NCBI GenBank assembly: GCA_964549475.1
Contig: CAZJXH010000004.1
Location: 1 to 34,924, forward strand
Origin: an uncultured Oscillospiraceae bacterium
GTDB lineage: Bacteria; Bacillota; Clostridia; Saccharofermentanales; UBA5734
DNA length: 34,924 nucleotides
Direction of reading: 5' to 3'
Positions 1 to 8,713 of the stretch are shown one piece after another (the stretch's first letter is position 1; each line of letters begins with the position of its first letter). Both the position numbers and the translations under genes were made by a program. The notes below the pieces were generated by a model that worked only from the letters and a program-made list of their open reading frames with translations, was not told the DNA's origin and ran no database searches.

Positions 1-53
1 TAGAATAGTCATTTTGTAAAAGCTACGAGGGAAAAGCAGCTTCGCCATAAATA

Positions 54-3000
54 ATGGAAGAAGCTGTTTTTATATGGAAAAACTGTACCTTGGTACAATT
101 ACAATGCTTAAAAAGCAAGAGTAGAATAACTACGTTGTATTATATATCTGGCAAGACAGATCTTGCAAATAAAAAAGAGGTGACCTATTTGAAAGGGAGA
201 ATCAACCGTTCTGACGGGATTTGCTTAATCCGGTTCAAATCTCTGACAATCCGTATTCTGGCGTTGTTCATTATAATCGGATTGTGTTTTTCTCCATATC
301 GCGCATTTGTATCCTCAGAAGGCGATATCGCCACACTGATCACAGGGAATGGATATTCCTTTGACTCTGCCAGCGGTATGCTGACTATTTCTACTGACAG
401 CGGAACAGCAAACTGGAGAAGCGACCCCGGCATCGCAAAAACCGATGTGATTACTGTTGTTGTACATAGCGGTGTGCTGAATATATCGGATAATGCGTTT
501 AATGCCTGTACTGCACTGACAGCGGCCACGCTTCCGTCCGGTCTGACATTGATCGGGGAATATTCCTTTTATAACTGCAGCTCTTTACAGACGGTTAACA
601 TACCATACGGTGTGACACGCTTAAAGTATGGCGCATTCCGCAGATGCGGAGCCCTCACAGCAGTTACAGTCCCGAGCAGTGTAAGTAAAATTGACGCTAT
701 GGCATTCTATATGTGTCCAAAACTATTAAGCGCCACGTTCCAGAGGACGGCTGCGCCTGCTTTTGGAGCGAACGTATTCTCGAAATATGCCGGCTTTAAA
801 ATCAACTATCCGTTGGGCGGCGCAGGATACACAAGTCTCGGCTATACCGCCGAGGGGGTCAGTATGGCGCTTGATATTGTCACCGGCAACGGATATACAT
901 TTAATCCGAACACCGATACATTGACTGTATCAAGTGACAGCGGCACGACAAACTGGAAAAGCGACAGCAATTTTAACAAGAGTGTCGTTAAGACAGTGGT
1001 GATTGGAGACGGCGTACAAAACATTCTTGACAGCGCATTTTCTGAGTGTACAGTGTTGTCGTCTGTCACTCTTCCGGCCGGGCTATCCGTAATCAAGGAT
1101 TATGCGTTCAATGGCTGCACTTCTCTAGGAGCGATCACCATACCAAATGGCGTATCCCGTCTCAGATATAGTGCGTTTACTGGCTGTACATCCCTTACAA
1201 CAGTCATCCTCCCCAGCACCGTAGCGACGATTGAGCGCCGCGTATTTTTTGGTTGTTCAAAGCTTATCAATGCCACCTTTATGGGGATAACCGCACCCAC
1301 AGTTGGAAGCTCTGCGTTTGGCAACTGCGCTGAAGATTTTAAAATCTACTATCCGATCAGCGGCACAGGGTATACGGGACTTGGTTATACGGCTGAGGCG
1401 ATTGATGTGACGCTGTCGACCGAAGGCTATTCCTTTGATTCCACAAGCGGCACGCTGACCATTGCAAGCAATGACGGCACAACAAATTGGAGAAATAGCA
1501 GTATTGCAAAAGATGCGGTGAAAACAGGGATCATTCAAAGCGGGGTCACGCTTATTTTGGACAACACTTTTAAAGATTGTATTTCTCTGACTTCCATTTC
1601 AGTTCCAGATGGCGTTACACATATCGGGAAATATGCATTTGACGGGTGTCATTCTTTGACAGGAATCGTCCTGCCCGGCTCCTTGACATCAATCGGAGAC
1701 GAGGCTTTCTTCAACTGTGTCAAGCTGGCGGCGATCTCTATTCCGGACGGTGTCACCACCATTGGGTGCGAGGCGCTGGCGAACACCGGCATAAGCTCAA
1801 TGACTATTCCGAACAGTGTTTTATTAATGGGACAAGGCGCATTTTGTTATTGTTCGAAGCTCACCTCCGTCACATTCGAAGCAGGCTGCCAATTGACCAA
1901 TATTCCGATCATTGCATTTTCTGATTCCGGACTGGCTTCAATTGATATTCCGGACAGCATCACTTCAATTGAATCAAGTGCATTCGACGGATGCGCCTTA
2001 TCGTCTGTTACTATTCCAAGCCAAGTGGCTTCTATTAAAAATAGTGCTTTCAAAAATTGCTCAAAGCTTTATGCGGCATCTTTTGAAGGGATCGCTGCAC
2101 CGATTCTTGGTACGAACGTATTTGACAACTGCCACACAAGCTTTAAAATATACTATTCAGTCGGCGGCACAGGCTATGGAAGCCTTGATTATCCGGCTGT
2201 GACCGACAAGGCCCCTGTTATGGGAGATGGCTATTATTTTGATACGGAAAGCGGTACATTGACGATATCCAGTGACAGCGGAATGGCAAACTGGAGAAGC
2301 AGCACGATAGTAAAAAGCTCCGTGCTTTCAATAATCATTGAAAGCGGAGCGAGTAACATTGCGGATGAAGCTTTTGAAGGATGCGCCTCGCTGAACACGA
2401 TTTTAATTCCCGAGAATGTAACTTCCATAGGAAGCCGTGCTTTTGAAGGATGCTCATCGCTGCTAACCGTCACCATTTCCAATAACGTTGATTCCATTGG
2501 GAGTTACGCATTCAGATATTGTACGTCCCTGGCAACAGTAACGATCCCTGCCAAGGTGATTTCTATCGGGGCTGGTGCATTTTATGGCTGCGGACAGCTC
2601 AACTCCGCCATTTTTAATCCTATTGCAGCTCCGTCTCTTGAAACCGGAGCCTTCAACGGCTGCCACGCTGGCTTTAAAATTTATTATCCCGCTAAGGGGA
2701 CAGGCTACGAAACCCTTGGTTACTCCGCCGAGGCTATTGGTGTATACACCATGGATGTAATCAATGGAACGGGAAGCGGTAAGTATGAGGTGGATGCCCG
2801 AGTGAGCATCAAAGCGGATGCAGCGCCAGATGGCAAGGTCTTTAATCGCTGGATTACTAATAACGGAGGGGCGTTCACTGACGCTGCAAGTGCGGTTACC
2901 ACCTTTACAATGCCTGCTGCAAAAGTAACCGTTACGGCAACATTCCGAGATGAGATGCAGTTTACCATCACCGCAAAAGCCATCAGCGGCGGCACTGTAA

Positions 3001-3551
3001 ATCCGGCCGGAACGGTGAGCGTCGCAGAAGGGCACGATGAAACCTTTGTTATTACGCCAAACACCGGTTATCGCATTGAATCCATCACCGTGGATGGAAT
3101 TAGCCAAGGCGTTGTACCTGCATATATATTTACAAAAGTCACAGCGAATCATGCCATAATGGCAACATTTACAAAAATCGAAAACAATGGCAATGACAAT
3201 GGCAGCGACGATGGAAATGGTAATAATAATGGTAATTTATCCTCTTCTTCTGGGACTTCGCCAGCACCTATTCCGGAGACGAACAGCAATATTTTGTCTC
3301 CTTCCCCTTCTGAGATTTCTCCGGCACCTGTTCCGGAGACGAACAGTAATATTTTGTCTCCTTCCCCTTCTGAGATTTCACCGACACCTGCTTCGGAAGC
3401 GATCAGTAATATTTTATCTCCTGCCATTCCTTCAGACCGTAAAGCCGGGGTCGTTACAACACTGCCATGGATAATCTGCGCGCTGCTTATAGCAGCATCA
3501 GCGGTCGCTGCGACAGTGATACTGATAAAAAGAAGGAAGACACTGCAATAG
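54..3551 (+). CDS. Large cell-surface leucine-rich-repeat protein (BspA-type LRR). It has four ~281-aa modules, a Listeria-Bacteroides repeat domain, a Pro/Ser-rich repeat linker and a C-terminal TM anchor. The true start is probably TTG at 189.
   Basis: The ORF track gives a 1165-aa ORF. By eye, a module (TGNGYxFD..SGT.T.S.DSGT.NW..., runs of AF..C..L..V.IP..V..I, ending ..FKIYYP..GTGY..LGYTAE) recurs four times. After the fourth module comes FNRWITNNGGAFTDAASAVTTFTMPAAKVTVTATF, typical of the Listeria-Bacteroides repeat fold, then a second beta-rich segment. Next is a low-complexity linker of 3 x SPAPIPETNSNILSPSPSEI, then a hydrophobic segment followed by KRRKTLQ. No LPXTG motif is present. 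An AAGAGGTG RBS lies 6 nt before an in-frame TTG at 189 and gives a signal-peptide-like N-terminus (KGRINRSDGICLIRFKSLTIRILALFIIIGLCF). There is no RBS before the ATG at 54. Confidence 0.8.
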   Translation: MEEAVFIWKNCTLVQLQCLKSKSRITTLYYISGKTDLANKKEVTYLKGRINRSDGICLIRFKSLTIRILALFIIIGLCFSPYRAFVSSEGDIATLITGNGYSFDSASGMLTISTDSGTANWRSDPGIAKTDVITVVVHSGVLNISDNAFNACTALTAATLPSGLTLIGEYSFYNCSSLQTVNIPYGVTRLKYGAFRRCGALTAVTVPSSVSKIDAMAFYMCPKLLSATFQRTAAPAFGANVFSKYAGFKINYPLGGAGYTSLGYTAEGVSMALDIVTGNGYTFNPNTDTLTVSSDSGTTNWKSDSNFNKSVVKTVVIGDGVQNILDSAFSECTVLSSVTLPAGLSVIKDYAFNGCTSLGAITIPNGVSRLRYSAFTGCTSLTTVILPSTVATIERRVFFGCSKLINATFMGITAPTVGSSAFGNCAEDFKIYYPISGTGYTGLGYTAEAIDVTLSTEGYSFDSTSGTLTIASNDGTTNWRNSSIAKDAVKTGIIQSGVTLILDNTFKDCISLTSISVPDGVTHIGKYAFDGCHSLTGIVLPGSLTSIGDEAFFNCVKLAAISIPDGVTTIGCEALANTGISSMTIPNSVLLMGQGAFCYCSKLTSVTFEAGCQLTNIPIIAFSDSGLASIDIPDSITSIESSAFDGCALSSVTIPSQVASIKNSAFKNCSKLYAASFEGIAAPILGTNVFDNCHTSFKIYYSVGGTGYGSLDYPAVTDKAPVMGDGYYFDTESGTLTISSDSGMANWRSSTIVKSSVLSIIIESGASNIADEAFEGCASLNTILIPENVTSIGSRAFEGCSSLLTVTISNNVDSIGSYAFRYCTSLATVTIPAKVISIGAGAFYGCGQLNSAIFNPIAAPSLETGAFNGCHAGFKIYYPAKGTGYETLGYSAEAIGVYTMDVINGTGSGKYEVDARVSIKADAAPDGKVFNRWITNNGGAFTDAASAVTTFTMPAAKVTVTATFRDEMQFTITAKAISGGTVNPAGTVSVAEGHDETFVITPNTGYRIESITVDGISQGVVPAYIFTKVTANHAIMATFTKIENNGNDNGSDDGNGNNNGNLSSSSGTSPAPIPETNSNILSPSPSEISPAPVPETNSNILSPSPSEISPTPASEAISNILSPAIPSDRKAGVVTTLPWIICALLIAASAVAATVILIKRRKTLQ
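3241..3420 (+). repeat. About three copies of a 60-bp tandem DNA repeat inside the LRR protein gene, encoding the Pro/Ser-rich stalk.
   Basis: Coordinates 3301-3360 and 3361-3420 are near-identical at the nucleotide level (cttccccttctgagatttc.ccg.cacctg.t.cgga..cga.cagtaatatttt.tctc). Coordinates 3241-3300 form a more diverged copy ending in the same ...ttccggagacgaacagcaatattttgtctc. Confidence 0.8.
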
Positions 3552-3609
3552 AAATATAATTTTTAAATTTCAATATGCCCGTTGATACGATAAGGAAAAT
3601 TCTGAAAAT

Positions 3610-4761
3610 TCACTTTTTCTTTTTAGCATCCACAAGATTTCCCTTATACATATCTTTCGGTGAAATATGGATTTTAAGTGTTTTTTCGTATTCTTCGATA
3701 AATTGCAGTTCTCTTTCTGTCACGATCGAAACAGCCGTCCCTTTGTGCCCTGTCCTGCCGGTTCTTCCCACTCGATGAAGATAGTCTCCGGCCTGTTCGG
3801 GAATGTTCAGATTGAAAACATGCGTGACCCCCTGGATATCCAGTCCGCGCGCGGCAATGTCCGATACCACCAGCACCGGGACCTTTCCTGCTCTGAATTC
3901 CTCCATCACCCGTTTCCGGTCTTTCTTGTCAGTATGCCCGTGGAGGCCTTCGACTTTAAGTCCATGGTATCTCAGCCGGTTTGTACAATAATCCGCATCT
4001 TCTCTCGCACCGATAAACACAAGTGCTTTCACCGGTTTGACAATCGCAATCACCTTGCGCAGTACTTCCAGTTTGTCTCTTTCCTCTGTAAGAAAATAGA
4101 GATGCTCGATTGTGTCCGGGATGGTCGCAGTCCCTGTCACTTTGATGATTCCGGGATCTTTCATTATTTCACGGGCCCGGGTTTCGGCCTGCCTGGTGAT
4201 GGTGGCGGAGAACATCAGCAGCTGGCGCTCTTTTAAAGTGCTTTTTATAATGCCGGCGACGCTTTCAAAATTATTTTCGCCGACAAGGGTGTCCGCTTCA
4301 TCCATGATAATGGTCTTGACGGTATGTGCGGCGATTTTCTTTTTTTTAATCAGTTCAAGAACCCGTCCGGGTGTGCCTGCGATGATATGCGGCTTTTCTT
4401 TGAGTTTTTCGATCTGGCGCTCGATGTTAACGTTTCCGATAATCGGAGTGGAGGTGATTCCAATCCCGGAATTCTGTGCCAGCAAATCGATCTGTTTGAT
4501 AATCTGCATGACAAGTTCGTGGGTCGGAGCAAGAATAATCGCCTGCATTTCTTTTTTGGAAGAATCGATTTTTACAAACAAAGGAAGAAGAAATGCCAGG
4601 GTTTTCCCCGTTCCGGTTTCGGATTGAACCACAAGGTCCTTGTTTTCAAGCGCCTCCGGGATGATTTTCTTTTGAACTTCGGTCAACTCGGTTATTCCCT
4701 GTTTTTGTAATGCCGCCCCGAGCAATGGATTCATTCCAAGGGTTTTTAAAAATTCAAGCAT
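3610..4761 (-). CDS. DEAD-box ATP-dependent RNA helicase. It is a minimal two-RecA-domain form with no C-terminal extension.
   Basis: Helicase motifs are visible: Q-motif region (TEVQKKIIP), motif I SETGTGKT, DEAD (IIMDEAD), SAT, and HRVGRTGRTG motif VI. An AAAGGAGG RBS precedes the ATG at 4761. Confidence 0.9.
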   Translation of the reverse strand: MLEFLKTLGMNPLLGAALQKQGITELTEVQKKIIPEALENKDLVVQSETGTGKTLAFLLPLFVKIDSSKKEMQAIILAPTHELVMQIIKQIDLLAQNSGIGITSTPIIGNVNIERQIEKLKEKPHIIAGTPGRVLELIKKKKIAAHTVKTIIMDEADTLVGENNFESVAGIIKSTLKERQLLMFSATITRQAETRAREIMKDPGIIKVTGTATIPDTIEHLYFLTEERDKLEVLRKVIAIVKPVKALVFIGAREDADYCTNRLRYHGLKVEGLHGHTDKKDRKRVMEEFRAGKVPVLVVSDIAARGLDIQGVTHVFNLNIPEQAGDYLHRVGRTGRTGHKGTAVSIVTERELQFIEEYEKTLKIHISPKDMYKGNLVDAKKKK

Positions 4762-4865
4762 CGCAAACCTCCTTTTGATCCTGTAATCAATGACATTTTT
4801 TATTCATTTGGTTATTTATTATGGTTGTCCCTATTGATTGTTTATTATTTTTTACTCATATTTAT

Positions 4866-4920
4866 TGTCTGCCATTTTAGTTGCTCGTTTTAGTTGCTCG
4901 TTTTGACTGTCTGCCATTTT
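4866..4920. repeat. Four tandem 13-bp direct repeats in an A-B-B-A arrangement, lying between the ABC-F stop and the DEAD-box helicase promoter region.
   Basis: tgtctgccatttt (4866-4878), agttgctcgtttt (4879-4891), agttgctcgtttt (4892-4904), gac, tgtctgccatttt (4908-4920). Both unit types share a ...g.tc..tttt skeleton. Confidence 0.7.
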
Positions 4921-4929
4921 GATTGTTTT

Positions 4930-6858
4930 TTACTGCTCTTTGATTTCTTTCCTGTTTGTCGCAATCAATTCGGCAAGCTCATTCAAATAGACCCACCGTT
5001 CTGTTGCCTCATTCAGCTGGACTTCAAGCGTTTCTTTCCTTGCAAAGAGTTTTTGCAGTTTCTCGAAATCGCTCGAGGCCTCGTTTATTTCTTTTTCCAC
5101 ATTCACAAGGCTGTTTTCCAAGTTTGAAATGGTCTCGTCGATGGAATCATATTCTTTTTGCTCTTTGAAAGTGAACTTCAACGGCCTGTTTTTTTTATTC
5201 TCAGCGTTGTAATCCGATTTTTCTGATTTTGATTTGCTGTTGTTGTCTTTTACTATGGCATTCTCTTCTGCCATTTTCTTGTTATAATCGGAATAGCAGC
5301 CTTGAAACCGCCGGATCGACGCATTTCCTTCAAAAATAAAAAGCTTTTCGACCACTCGGTCCAGAAAATACCGGTCGTGAGAGACGGCGATGACTACACC
5401 CTGGAAATCGCTGAGATATCCTTCGAGAATGGTCAGAGTCTGAATGTCCAGATCGTTGGTCGGTTCATCCAGGAGGATAACGTTCGGCGCACTCATCAGA
5501 ATCCGAAGAAGGTAAAGCCGTCTTTTCTCGCCGCCGGAAAGCTTTGAAATAAGCGACCACTGCACCGCGGGAGGAAACAGAAAATTCTCCAGCATCTGGG
5601 CGGCGCTGATCTGTCCATCCCTGGTGGTCAGGTATTCCGCTTCATTTCGGATGTATTCAATCACGCGCAGGCTTTCGTCGATCTCGTCATTTTCTTGTGT
5701 GAAAAATCCAATCTTGACTGTTTCTCCGGTATTGACACAGCCGCGATTCGGCTCCAGACGTCCGGCAATGATTTTAAGCAGAGTCGATTTGCCGCTGCCG
5801 TTCGGTCCGATGATTCCGATGCGGTCATCGCGAAGGACGTTGTAGCTGAAATCGTCAATGATTTTGCGGTTGGAATAATCTTTCCCGATGTGCTCGAGTT
5901 CGATGGTTTTCTTGCCGAGCCGGGTGGTTCCGACACTGATTTCGATGTTTTCGTATGAACCCGCGGATTTTGTATCCCGCAAAGTCTCAAACCGTTCGAT
6001 ACGGGCTTTCTGTTTCGTCGCGCGCGCCTGCGGGCCGCGCTGCATCCATTCAAGTTCTTTGCGGAAAAGGCTCTGTCGCTTCCGATCCGAGGCGATATCG
6101 CTTTCTTCTCTTTCGGCTTTTAATTCAAGATATTTCTCATAATTTGTCAGATAGCTGTATACTTTCCCATTGTCGATTTCGAGAATCCGATTGCAGACAC
6201 GACGCAGAAAATACCGGTCATGTGTGACCATGAGCAAAGCGCCTTTCCGGTTGTTCAAATATTTTTCGAGCCAGTCCACCGTATCATTGTCCAGCTGGTT
6301 GGTGGGCTCATCCAGAATCAGCAGGTTCGCCGGACTGATCAGCGCGCTGGCCAGTGCGATTCGTTTTCTCTGTCCGCCGGAAAGAGTTCCGACAATTGCA
6401 TCAAAGTCAAGCACGCCGAGTTTTGAAAGAATGGTTTTTGCTTCGCTTTCGATTGTCCAGGCTTTCATCGCATCCATTTTCTGGGTGACCTGGAGAAGAT
6501 TTCTCTCCCATGCCGGATCACCGGGATGCCCGTTGAATTCCTGGAGAGTGTGTTCATATTCCCGAAGCAGGTTCATGATGGGCGACGTGCCTTTGAAAAT
6601 CTGTTGAAGAACGGTTATTCCCGGGTCAAAAGTCGGATTTTGCGATAGGTATTCCATCGAGACCTTGTTTCCGGTTGTAATTTTGCCGCTGTCTGGATTT
6701 TCCTCCCCGGCAAGCAGTTTCAGAAGCGTTGATTTCCCTGTCCCGTTGATGCCGATAACGCCGATTTTCTCCCCTTCGTCAATGCCGATAGAAGCCTCGC
6801 TGAACAAGACTTTTTCGCTATATGCTTTTGATAGTTTTTCGGCGGATAGGATATTCAC
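4930..6858 (-). CDS. ABC-F family ATPase. It has two ABC cassettes and no TM domain, plus a C-terminal coiled-coil extension (Uup-like).
   Basis: Walker A motifs GINGTGKST and GPNGSGKST are present. There are two signature motifs, LSGGQRKRIALA and LSGGEKRRLYLL, and a Walker B LLILDEPTN in both halves. The ~90-aa C-terminus is Lys/Glu-rich and coiled-coil (…EKLQKLFARKETLEVQLNEATERW…). Confidence 0.85.
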   Translation of the reverse strand: MNILSAEKLSKAYSEKVLFSEASIGIDEGEKIGVIGINGTGKSTLLKLLAGEENPDSGKITTGNKVSMEYLSQNPTFDPGITVLQQIFKGTSPIMNLLREYEHTLQEFNGHPGDPAWERNLLQVTQKMDAMKAWTIESEAKTILSKLGVLDFDAIVGTLSGGQRKRIALASALISPANLLILDEPTNQLDNDTVDWLEKYLNNRKGALLMVTHDRYFLRRVCNRILEIDNGKVYSYLTNYEKYLELKAEREESDIASDRKRQSLFRKELEWMQRGPQARATKQKARIERFETLRDTKSAGSYENIEISVGTTRLGKKTIELEHIGKDYSNRKIIDDFSYNVLRDDRIGIIGPNGSGKSTLLKIIAGRLEPNRGCVNTGETVKIGFFTQENDEIDESLRVIEYIRNEAEYLTTRDGQISAAQMLENFLFPPAVQWSLISKLSGGEKRRLYLLRILMSAPNVILLDEPTNDLDIQTLTILEGYLSDFQGVVIAVSHDRYFLDRVVEKLFIFEGNASIRRFQGCYSDYNKKMAEENAIVKDNNSKSKSEKSDYNAENKKNRPLKFTFKEQKEYDSIDETISNLENSLVNVEKEINEASSDFEKLQKLFARKETLEVQLNEATERWVYLNELAELIATNRKEIKEQ

Positions 6859-6887
6859 TTGGGTTTCTCCTCGGATATTTGTCCGAT

Positions 6888-8504
6888 CTAGCTGTATAAA
6901 ACAGCTTTGATTTTTGCGATCTCTTCGCTTTCGAGGTATTCATCGTAGGTCATGAGTTTGTCGATGACCCCTTTCGGTGTGATTTCAATGATCCGGTTGG
7001 CAATCGTCTGAACAAACTGATGGTCATGTGAAACAAACAGAACCGTCCCTTTGTAGTTGATCAAACCATTGTTCAGCGCAGTGATGGATTCGAGGTCGAG
7101 ATGGTTCGTCGGTTCGTCCAGCAGCAGTGTATTCGCGCCGGACAGCATCATCTTGGCGAGCATGCATCGGACCCGTTCGCCTCCTGAAAGAACGGACGCT
7201 TTTTTTTGCGCTTCCTCCCCGGAAAAAAGCATTCTCCCGAGCCACCCGCGGATGAATGTCTCGTTCTGGTCTTTGGAATATTGCCGCAGCCAGTCAATGA
7301 TCGACAATTCACTGCCATCGAAATAGTCCGCATTATCCTTTGGGAAATAGGCCTGGGATGTGGTGATTCCCCACTTGAACTCGCCGCTGTCCGCAGTCAT
7401 CTCCCCGATCAAAATCTTGAAAAGCGCTGTTTTTTCGAATCCGTTCGGACCGACAAGAGCAATCTTGTCCCCCTTGTTCACCGTGAAGCTGATTTTTTCC
7501 AAAAGAGGCACTCCGTCGAATGATTTACTGATTTCGTGGACTCTTAGCAGATCGTTCCCGACCTCCCTATCCTGTTTGAAGTCGACAAACGGGTATTTGC
7601 GGGAGGAGGGCCGGATATCTTCCAGCGTCAGTTTTTCCAATTGTTTTTTACGGGATGTCGCCTGTTTTGATTTGGAGGCGTTCGCACTGAACCGCTGGAT
7701 GAATTCTTCCAGATCCTTCCGCTTCGCTTCGATTTTCTTATTCGAATCCTTTGTCTGCTGAAGGATCAGCTGGCTGGATTCATACCAGAAATCATAATTC
7801 CCGGCATATACCTGGATTTTGCCAAAATCGATATCTGCAATGTGAGTACATACTTTATTCAAAAAATGCCGGTCATGGGAGACAACAATGACGGTGTTTT
7901 CAAAATTGTAAAGAAAATTCTCCAGCCAGGTGATGGAAGCGACATCCAGATGATTGGTCGGTTCATCCAGAAGCAGGATCTGAGGATCTCCAAAAAGCGC
8001 CTGGGCGAGCAATACCCGGACTTTCTCGCTGCTGCCGACTTCCGCCATCTTTTTATAGTGATATTCTTCCCCTATGCCAAGTCCGTTCAGCAAAGTGGCG
8101 GCTTCTGTCTCGGCATTCCATCCATTCATTTCAGAAAATTCGGATTCCAGCACGGCAAGCTTGATGCCGTCCTGCTCGGAGAAATCCGGTTTGGAATATA
8201 GTTTCTCTTTTTCTTCGATAATTTCACAAAGCCTTTTATGCCCCATTAAAACTGTTTTCAGAACTTCATATTCATCAAATTCATAATGATTCTGTTTCAG
8301 CATCGCAAGCCGGCTGTTGGCCTCGATGAAAATTTCTCCTTTGTTGGCTTCCAGTTCGCCGGAAAGAATTTTTAGAAACGTAGATTTACCGGAACCGTTT
8401 GCTCCAATCAAACCATAACAATTGCCGGGTGTGAACTTGATGTTCACATTGTCGAATAACGCACGTCCTCCATACCGTAAGGAAATGCCACTGGCTGTAA
8501 TCAT
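6888..8504 (-). CDS. Second ABC-F family ATPase, of the YheS/YbiT size class.
   Basis: Motifs GANGSGKST and GPNGFEKTALFK, signatures LSGGERVRCMLAKM and a second one in the N-terminal half, and LLLDEPTNHLD x2. No membrane domain. The start ATG is at 8502-8504. Confidence 0.85.
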   Translation of the reverse strand: MITASGISLRYGGRALFDNVNIKFTPGNCYGLIGANGSGKSTFLKILSGELEANKGEIFIEANSRLAMLKQNHYEFDEYEVLKTVLMGHKRLCEIIEEKEKLYSKPDFSEQDGIKLAVLESEFSEMNGWNAETEAATLLNGLGIGEEYHYKKMAEVGSSEKVRVLLAQALFGDPQILLLDEPTNHLDVASITWLENFLYNFENTVIVVSHDRHFLNKVCTHIADIDFGKIQVYAGNYDFWYESSQLILQQTKDSNKKIEAKRKDLEEFIQRFSANASKSKQATSRKKQLEKLTLEDIRPSSRKYPFVDFKQDREVGNDLLRVHEISKSFDGVPLLEKISFTVNKGDKIALVGPNGFEKTALFKILIGEMTADSGEFKWGITTSQAYFPKDNADYFDGSELSIIDWLRQYSKDQNETFIRGWLGRMLFSGEEAQKKASVLSGGERVRCMLAKMMLSGANTLLLDEPTNHLDLESITALNNGLINYKGTVLFVSHDHQFVQTIANRIIEITPKGVIDKLMTYDEYLESEEIAKIKAVLYS

Positions 8505-8602
8505 TTTTATACCATCCTTCTATTTAACTCGGCACATTATAGCATGGAACAGGGAAAATACCAAATGAATCAAAGGGACGGCAGGTTGTGTAATCACTCA
8601 GG

Positions 8603-8713
8603 ATGCAACATGGGGACGGTTCTTGTGTTGCATTTTAGCTTATTTCGTTTATGCAACACAAGAACCGTCCCCATATTGCACTAATCCATTTCTTTTCGTA
8701 ATCGATTGCCCTG
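8603..8713. mobile_element. Truncated copy of a MITE-like palindromic repeat, with the central hairpin and right-hand terminal inverted repeat present and the left TIR absent. It overlaps the 3' end of the TSCPD gene.
   Basis: Hairpin arms atgcaacatggggacggttcttgtgttgcat (8603-8633) and atgcaacacaagaaccgtccccatattgca (8651-8680) are reverse complements with one mismatch, separated by a 17-nt loop. They are followed by ccatttcttttcgtaatcgattgccctg (TIR-like, 8689-8713). The same hairpin and TIR are found at 14848-14945. Confidence 0.7.

Noticed and set aside
2463-3152. 229-aa minus-strand ORF, plus several shorter ones, entirely inside the LRR protein gene
   Set aside because: They are antisense to a gene with strong, repeated domain signal. 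They have no RBS, and their Gly/Cys/Arg-rich composition is a typical shadow frame of GC-rich repeats.
3187-3474. 95-aa plus-strand ORF with an RRRT/LLPLLRF repeated motif
   Set aside because: It is an out-of-frame reading of the 60-bp PS-linker repeats of the LRR gene. The repeat in the peptide simply mirrors the DNA repeat.
3420-3551. LPXTG sortase signal at the C-terminus of the LRR protein
   Set aside because: A hydrophobic helix plus KRRK tail is present, but no LPXTG, NPQTN or SPKTG-like pentapeptide precedes it. I treat it as TM-anchored.
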